DNA from: an uncultured Actinomycetes bacterium
Lineage (GTDB): Bacteria > Actinomycetota > Actinomycetes > S36-B12 > UBA5976
DNA: 64,000 nt
Direction of reading: 5' to 3'
Assembly (NCBI GenBank): GCA_903892635.1
Contig: CAITJH010000044.1
Coordinates: forward strand, 66,108 to 130,107
Below, one piece after another: positions 58,683-64,000 of the stretch. The notes under the pieces are model-generated. The model did not search any database and was not told the DNA's origin. It saw only the letters and a list, made by a program, of their open reading frames with translations. The first letter of the stretch is position 1; each line of letters begins with the position of its first letter. Both the position numbers and the translations under genes were made by a program.

Positions 58683-59744
58683 CTATTTCCTTCGTAACTT
58701 GATTGAACCCGTGAGAACGCGAGCGATTGAGAAAAGAATTCCGACCATGAGGAATAAGACAAGAGCTGCGCCCCATGCACGGTGCTGACTTGTGTCGTGT
58801 GGATCAGATACGAATGCGTTAATAAATGTCGGCAAGGTCGTCATTGCTCCAGTGAAAGGATTCACATTGGTGTGATCCGTACGTACGGTCGTCATGATCA
58901 ATGGGGCTGTTTCGCCCATGATTCGAGCAAGGCCCAGTAGCAATGCAGTAACGAGCCCAGTTCGTGCTGCAGGGAAAGTTACTTGAAAGAAAGCACTGCG
59001 TCGTGGTGCCCCGAGTGCTACTGCCGCGTTCCGCAATTCGCTAGGTACAAGTTTCAGAACTTCTTCAGACATACGAGCCACTGTTGGAAGCATTAAGAGC
59101 GCTAAAGCAAAAGCTCCAGTTAATCCCGTTTGAGGCGAAATTCCGGACAGAATTAGCATGGAATAGATGAAGAGACCAGCAACGATTGACGGTAACCCAC
59201 TCATTGACTGGACAATGAATCGAACTGGTCCACGCATCCGGCCGCGAGTTTCGGTCAAGTAAATTGCGATCGCCAATGCGAACGGCACAGCTAAAATCAT
59301 CGCCACGCCTACTGTGACTACAGTGCCAACAATTGCGTGACCAACGCCACCGTAATCTAGTGATGTTGATGGTGTCACGTAACTGCTATCCCAGACGATG
59401 AAGTGCAACGACAAAGCGTGCGACCCGTTAGTGAAAAGTGAGACAACTACTGAACCAAGCAAGATGGTCAGCAGCGCAACGGCGAAGTACACCAGTACAT
59501 CAAGAATGGCATCTGCGACACGTCGCTTGCCATGGATAATCACGGCTGCAATGGCTGCAGCTATTACTTGTAGCGGCAAGAAAACAAAGAGCAGAAGCAA
59601 TAGGCCTGGCCAGGTACTCACAGTGCTCACGAGATAAGTCAGTGCTGCTGGCGCGATCGAGGCAACTCCACCAACAAGTCGGCTGTTACTTGCAGTTACC
59701 GCCCATGGGGTGGCATTTACTGGTCGTTCAAGTGTTGTCGTCAT
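58683..59744 (-). CDS. pstA: Phosphate ABC transporter permease PstA
   Basis: 353 aa. Permease EAA-type loop ([21 protein letters not shown]). Position between pstC and pstB. Confidence 0.85.
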   Translation of the reverse strand: MTTTLERPVNATPWAVTASNSRLVGGVASIAPAALTYLVSTVSTWPGLLLLLFVFLPLQVIAAAIAAVIIHGKRRVADAILDVLVYFAVALLTILLGSVVVSLFTNGSHALSLHFIVWDSSYVTPSTSLDYGGVGHAIVGTVVTVGVAMILAVPFALAIAIYLTETRGRMRGPVRFIVQSMSGLPSIVAGLFIYSMLILSGISPQTGLTGAFALALLMLPTVARMSEEVLKLVPSELRNAAVALGAPRRSAFFQVTFPAARTGLVTALLLGLARIMGETAPLIMTTVRTDHTNVNPFTGAMTTLPTFINAFVSDPHDTSQHRAWGAALVLFLMVGILFSIARVLTGSIKLRRK

Positions 59745-60703
59745 TACGATGCCATCTTTCGCTCGGCACGTTGCACAATTCCAGTCGCAATGACATTCAC
59801 TAACAGAGTCATCACAAATAGGACTAAACCTGCTGCCATCAAGGCATGAATTTCAGCAGAATCGGCTTCGCCGAACTTGGCCGCAATCATTGATGCGACG
59901 GAACCGCCACGGTTTTCCAACGGTCGCAAAACATTGACTTTGAAAATCAGATTCAACGTGTACAGGATCGCGATAGTTTCACCAAGTCCTCGACCAAGCG
60001 CGAGCAGAATTCCACCAAGGATTCCGCCTCGAGAGGTTGGCAAAACCACGCGACGTAAAGTCGAAAATGTTGTACCACCGAGTGCATGTGCAGCGTTGAT
60101 CAATTCTTTGTCGACACGACTCATGACTTCTCGCGCAACCGAAGTAATGATTGGCGCCATCATGATTGCCAAAATCCAACCCGCAATAAATGGTGAGCGA
60201 GTAAAACTAGGACCGGAATTTTGGAATAACGGAATGAATCCGAAGTGATCATGAAGAACTTGAGCCCAACCAGCAGCTACGGGAGTAAACACCGTCGCGC
60301 CCCAAAAGCCAATCAAGATAGATGGCAGTGCTGCAAGTAGATCAATCATCAACCCGCCAATTTTGGCAACACGAGCATTCGCTACAAAAACGAGAAAGAA
60401 GGCAACCGCAATTGATAACGGAGTGGAGATAATCAAGCCGATAGTTGCTACAACAATGGAACCAACCAGCATAGGCATGATTTGATAAGTTCCATCGGCA
60501 GCTGACCACGTTGAACCGTAAATAAACGACAGCCCTTGCGACTGCAAAGCCGGCCATGCACGCAGTCCAAGAAAGAACAAAATTAGTGCCACAATCGCAA
60601 ACGCGAAAAGAGCAGCACCTGATGTGCTTCCAAAAAAGAGGCGATCGCCGAGACGCGTTTTTGCAGTCTCAAAATTCACGCGTGGCTTTAGGTTTTCACT
60701 CAC
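59744..60703 (-). CDS. pstC: Phosphate ABC transporter permease PstC
   Basis: 319 aa. EAA loop AAHALGGTTFSTLRRVVLPTSRGG. First gene of the pstCAB unit. Confidence 0.85.
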   Translation of the reverse strand: MSENLKPRVNFETAKTRLGDRLFFGSTSGAALFAFAIVALILFFLGLRAWPALQSQGLSFIYGSTWSAADGTYQIMPMLVGSIVVATIGLIISTPLSIAVAFFLVFVANARVAKIGGLMIDLLAALPSILIGFWGATVFTPVAAGWAQVLHDHFGFIPLFQNSGPSFTRSPFIAGWILAIMMAPIITSVAREVMSRVDKELINAAHALGGTTFSTLRRVVLPTSRGGILGGILLALGRGLGETIAILYTLNLIFKVNVLRPLENRGGSVASMIAAKFGEADSAEIHALMAAGLVLFVMTLLVNVIATGIVQRAERKMAS

Positions 60704-60747
60704 ACGTGAAATGTAGGACGAGGGAGTAAACGACTGCGCCGTCCTTC

Positions 60748-60764
60748 GTGAACAAAAAGTGAAC
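60748..60764 (-). promoter_or_regulatory. PHO-box-like direct repeat upstream of pstC
   Basis: Minus strand reads GTTCAC-N5-GTTCAC with 11-nt periodicity, 45-60 nt upstream of the pstC start. Confidence 0.5.
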
Positions 60765-60784
60765 AGTCAGCGAAACTTAGACAC

Positions 60785-61468
60785 CTAGGCTTCGAACCGG
60801 TAACCCAAACCACGAACGGTAGTGAGGTAAACCGGATTTGCCGGATCAGGTTCGATTTTTGAACGGATGCGCTTCACGTGCACATCCAAAGTCTTACCGT
60901 CGCCAACATAGTTGGATCCCCAGATTCGATCCATGAGTTGTCCACGTGTTAGAACTCGTCCAGCATTGCGCATGAGGAGTTCAAGCAATTCGAATTCCTT
61001 CAACGGCATCGCGACTGCCTGACCGTTTACCGAAACGGCATGGCGTTCAACGTCCATTCGGATTGGCCCACCTTCGAGCGCACCAACAACTTCAAATTCA
61101 TCAATATCTGAACCACGACGAAGCACGGCACGAATTCGGGCTAATAGCTCACGAGTGGAAAACGGTTTAGTGACGTAGTCATCTGCACCTAATTCGAGTC
61201 CGACAACTTTGTCCACTTCAGTGTCTTTGGCGGTAAGCATGATGATTGGCGTGTTTGATTTGCTTCGAATCTGACGACACACTTCTGTGCCGGCAATTTC
61301 AGGCAACATCAGATCAAGTAGAACGAGATCTGGATTCTTTTCATCAAACTGTTTTAGGCCTTGGGCGCCATCGGCTGCCAAAACAACGTCGTATCCTTCA
61401 CGAGTCAACATGAAAGAGAGTGCATCGCGAAAAGACTCTTCATCTTCGATCACGAGTACGCGTGTCAT
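60785..61468 (-). CDS. regX3: OmpR/PhoB-family response regulator (RegX3/PhoP-like)
   Basis: Receiver motifs VLVIEDE and DLVLLDLMLP, winged-helix C-terminus ..TVRGLGYRF. Coupled to the upstream kinase gene. Confidence 0.85.
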   Translation of the reverse strand: MTRVLVIEDEESFRDALSFMLTREGYDVVLAADGAQGLKQFDEKNPDLVLLDLMLPEIAGTEVCRQIRSKSNTPIIMLTAKDTEVDKVVGLELGADDYVTKPFSTRELLARIRAVLRRGSDIDEFEVVGALEGGPIRMDVERHAVSVNGQAVAMPLKEFELLELLMRNAGRVLTRGQLMDRIWGSNYVGDGKTLDVHVKRIRSKIEPDPANPVYLTTVRGLGYRFEA

Positions 61469-62604
61469 TTGCCACCCATTTCTGTAGTGAGGTTGTTTTG
61501 ATAATTCGGAAATTGCAGAGTGAAAGTTGAGCCTTCACCAATTCGTGACCACACTGAACAGTCGCCACCGTGATTCGCACATACATGCTTCACAATGGCC
61601 AAGCCCAATCCAGTTCCACCAGTCTCCCGACTGCGAGCTGGATCTACGCGATAAAACCGTTCGAAAATTCGCGCCTGATCACCATCGGAGATACCTGGTC
61701 CTTGATCAGTCACCGAGATTTCGATGTTCTCCCCAACCAGCTGTGCACCGACTCCGACTTTGGTGCCCTCTGGTGAATAGTTAATTGCATTTGATACAAG
61801 GTTTCGCAACGCTGTGACGAGCTGGGCTTCATCACCAAAAATTGAGCCATCAGTTAGGTCGCTCGATACAGTGACTTGAATATTGCGCTTTTCTGCTGCC
61901 ATCTTCATAGAGTCAACCGCTTCATTCACGATATCAACAACTGGAACAGGCTTTGAATTGCGAAGCGGAGCATCACCTTGAACTCGAGAAAGTTCCACTA
62001 GGTCAGAAATGAGGTCGGTTAAGCGACGAACTTCCAGTTGCATACGTGCGGCAAAGTGACGTGCCTTCTCAACATCTTGATCTGCCGCCTGAATCGCCTC
62101 TGCTAAAAGTGACAACGCTCCAACCGGAGTCTTGAGTTCGTGAGATACATTCGCTACAAAATCGCGACGCACATCATTGAGCCGTCGTTCTTCACTAACA
62201 TCCTGCGCAAGAACCAAACTGAATCCACTTGCCAGTGGAGACACTTGAAGTCGCGCCTCCCAATCACCCAATGAGTCGCCATTGCGAACAATCGTTGCGT
62301 CTTTGGAAACGGTCTGCTTTGTACGGTGGGCTTCTCGGTTTAATGCGCGCAATTCAACAGGAGCTAAGCGATCGCCGTGAATAATTCCCATAGCGGCGCA
62401 ATTCGAACTACTTGCCACAACCTTGTCCGAGGTATCAACCACGGCAGCGGCATCCGGCAGAACATCAAGAATTTGAGTCAGCGCCGAAAGATCAGTCTCG
62501 CTGTCGTCAGCTTCCGTCAGTGGGGCTGGCCGTGCCGAGCGACCGGCTATTAAGCCGACCACGAGGGCGATGGTAACTAGCCCGAGCCAGAGAACTGTAG
62601 ACAC
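61465..62604 (-). CDS. senX3: Sensor histidine kinase (SenX3/PhoR-like)
   Basis: One N-terminal TM segment, a PAS-like segment, H-box FVANVSHELKTP, and N, G1 and G2 boxes (NAINYSP, DQGPGI, GGTGLGLAIV). Confidence 0.85.
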   Translation of the reverse strand: MSTVLWLGLVTIALVVGLIAGRSARPAPLTEADDSETDLSALTQILDVLPDAAAVVDTSDKVVASSSNCAAMGIIHGDRLAPVELRALNREAHRTKQTVSKDATIVRNGDSLGDWEARLQVSPLASGFSLVLAQDVSEERRLNDVRRDFVANVSHELKTPVGALSLLAEAIQAADQDVEKARHFAARMQLEVRRLTDLISDLVELSRVQGDAPLRNSKPVPVVDIVNEAVDSMKMAAEKRNIQVTVSSDLTDGSIFGDEAQLVTALRNLVSNAINYSPEGTKVGVGAQLVGENIEISVTDQGPGISDGDQARIFERFYRVDPARSRETGGTGLGLAIVKHVCANHGGDCSVWSRIGEGSTFTLQFPNYQNNLTTEMGGK

Positions 62605-62654
62605 GCTCTAAGAATAAGGTGCTTTCGAGCAGCGCTACCTCACGGAAAGGTCAA

Positions 62655-62676
62655 CTTCACCGATTGTTCACGTAGT
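62655..62676 (+). promoter_or_regulatory. PHO-box-like direct repeat upstream of phoU
   Basis: CTTCACcgattGTTCACgtagt: two TTCAC units 11 nt apart in the senX3/phoU divergent region. Confidence 0.4.
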
Positions 62677-62762
62677 TCGGGCTAAGAATTTCATTGTTGG
62701 TCGTCAAAAGTTTGCAGAGTCAAGCCAAGTTCCTCACATTTAGGTGCGGTACAGTTAAAGGC

Positions 62763-63410
62763 ATGCGCGAGGATTACTCCAACCAACTTGAATCAATTAC
62801 CCAAGACTTAATTGTCATGACAGCCTTGGTCGGAACCGCTATCACCGAGGCAACACAGGCACTTCTCGAAGATAACCTCGAATTAGCCCAGTCAGTGATT
62901 GAAAGTGATTCGCGCATCAACGACCTCAATGTCGGAATCGAGGAGCGCTGCTTCCGCATCGCTGCATTGCAAGCGCCAGTTGCTACCGATCTGCGCCTGG
63001 TCATGGGTTCAATAAAGATCGCGACGTCGTTAGAACGTATGGGTGATCTTGCCGTACACATTGCCAAGCAAGTTCGCTTGCGTTACCCAAACCCTTCGAT
63101 TCCTACCGAGCTTGCTGGCACATTCCGAGAAATGGGTGCATCAGCACAAAAGATTATTGCTGCGACCGGGCGCGTCATCGAAACACGAGACACTGACTTA
63201 GCCGATGAAATCAAGAGCTACGACGACACTCTTGACCGCCTCCATCGCGAGCTCTTTACTGCCGTACTTTCCGATGATTGGGCGCACGGAGTCGAAGCAG
63301 CAATTGATGTCACTTTGCTTTCGCGATTCTTTGAGCGATTCGGCGACCACGCTGTAACTGTGGCACGACGTGTAATTCACATCGTCACGGGCGAGCCATA
63401 CACCAAGTAA
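62763..63410 (+). CDS. phoU: Phosphate signalling regulator PhoU
   Basis: Start at MREDYSNQLESI. Two PhoU repeats with ERMGD and ERFGDHA motifs. Confidence 0.9.
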   Translation: MREDYSNQLESITQDLIVMTALVGTAITEATQALLEDNLELAQSVIESDSRINDLNVGIEERCFRIAALQAPVATDLRLVMGSIKIATSLERMGDLAVHIAKQVRLRYPNPSIPTELAGTFREMGASAQKIIAATGRVIETRDTDLADEIKSYDDTLDRLHRELFTAVLSDDWAHGVEAAIDVTLLSRFFERFGDHAVTVARRVIHIVTGEPYTK

Positions 63411-63465
63411 ATACGGCATTTCTGCCAGATTTAGCCAAGTTGGCTAAGTTAGTTGTCGAGACACT

Positions 63466-64000
63466 ATGACAACAAAACCCACGCTCGAGCGAATCGCGAT
63501 TCTCTCTGTTCACACATCGCCACTTGATCAACCTGGTATCGGCGACTCTGGTGGCATGAACGTTTACATTGCAGAAACCGCTAAACGGATCGCAGCCCGT
63601 GGAATCGAAGTGGAAATCTTCACTCGCGCAACCTCGGCTTCGCGGCTTGCGAACCAACATCTGGCTGACGGAGTTACAGTTCGCCATATTTCGGCTGGGC
63701 CGTTCGAAGGCTTGCGAAAAGAAGACTTACCGGCTCAGTTGTGTGCAGTCACTGCAGGTGTCTTACGCGCAGAGGCACAAAAGCCCGAAGGATTTTACGA
63801 TCTGATACACAGCCACTACTGGCTATCAGGCCAAGTGGGTTGGATTGCACAGGAACGATGGAATGTTCCTTTAGTCCATACGATGCACACCATGGCGCGC
63901 GTGAAAAACTTACAACTTGCCCAAGGCGATACACCTGAACCGGCAATTCGTGAGATTGGCGAGGAACAAGTCGTGCTCGCAGCGGATCGGCTTGTCGCAA
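63466..64000 (+). CDS. mshA: D-inositol-3-phosphate glycosyltransferase (mycothiol synthesis), 3' end outside window
   Basis: Open frame to the window end. Translation [35 protein letters not shown]... and HSHYWLSG are typical MshA N-terminal motifs. Confidence 0.85.
   Translation, partial: MTTKPTLERIAILSVHTSPLDQPGIGDSGGMNVYIAETAKRIAARGIEVEIFTRATSASRLANQHLADGVTVRHISAGPFEGLRKEDLPAQLCAVTAGVLRAEAQKPEGFYDLIHSHYWLSGQVGWIAQERWNVPLVHTMHTMARVKNLQLAQGDTPEPAIREIGEEQVVLAADRLVA

Noticed and set aside
63431-63447. Palindrome TTAGCCAAGTTGGCTAA between phoU and mshA
   Set aside because: The 8-bp arms are separated by a single central base, so it cannot form a stable terminator hairpin and has no T-run. 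It could be a protein-binding site, but nothing else supports that.

Overview
The window looks like a chromosomal segment of a mid-GC actinobacterium. Gene order matches actinobacterial (Mycobacterium-like) neighbourhoods: tRNA-Thr/tRNA-Met-rpmG-hadAB-like-murB, DUF3027-csp-helicase partner-XPB, rlmB-cysS-ispF-ispD-carD-lpqE-like, and senX3-regX3 / phoU / mshA. All calls come from reading the translated ORFs and the DNA by eye; no database search was possible. Most of the window is housekeeping:
- purine synthesis (purEK), ahcY, murB, photolyase, pdxH, serC, and groEL with two CIRCE operators
- cold-shock genes
- a SAM-I riboswitch controlling a ThrC-like/MoaD-like gene pair
- the phosphate (pst) transport cluster with PHO-box-like repeats
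- three tRNAs and several transporters
- two cell-wall glycopolymer gene groups (1-2757 and 18000-23453)

The stand-out region is an ~11 kb accessory block (31925-42813) between groEL and an IS3 transposase remnant. It contains:
- two paralogous small exported proteins with TasA/camelysin-like (SipW-dependent-type) signal peptides
- a dedicated ER/archaeal-type (SipW-like) signal peptidase
- a membrane-anchored collagen-like protein
- a protein that resembles a catalytically dead signal peptidase
- two proteins with poly-glycine-rich ectodomains, one fused to a polytopic membrane domain
- a large secreted repeat protein
- a TetR regulator, plus a shared palindromic candidate operator

I interpret this block as a candidate, apparently undescribed, cell-surface fibre or appendage assembly locus. 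That functional reading is inference.
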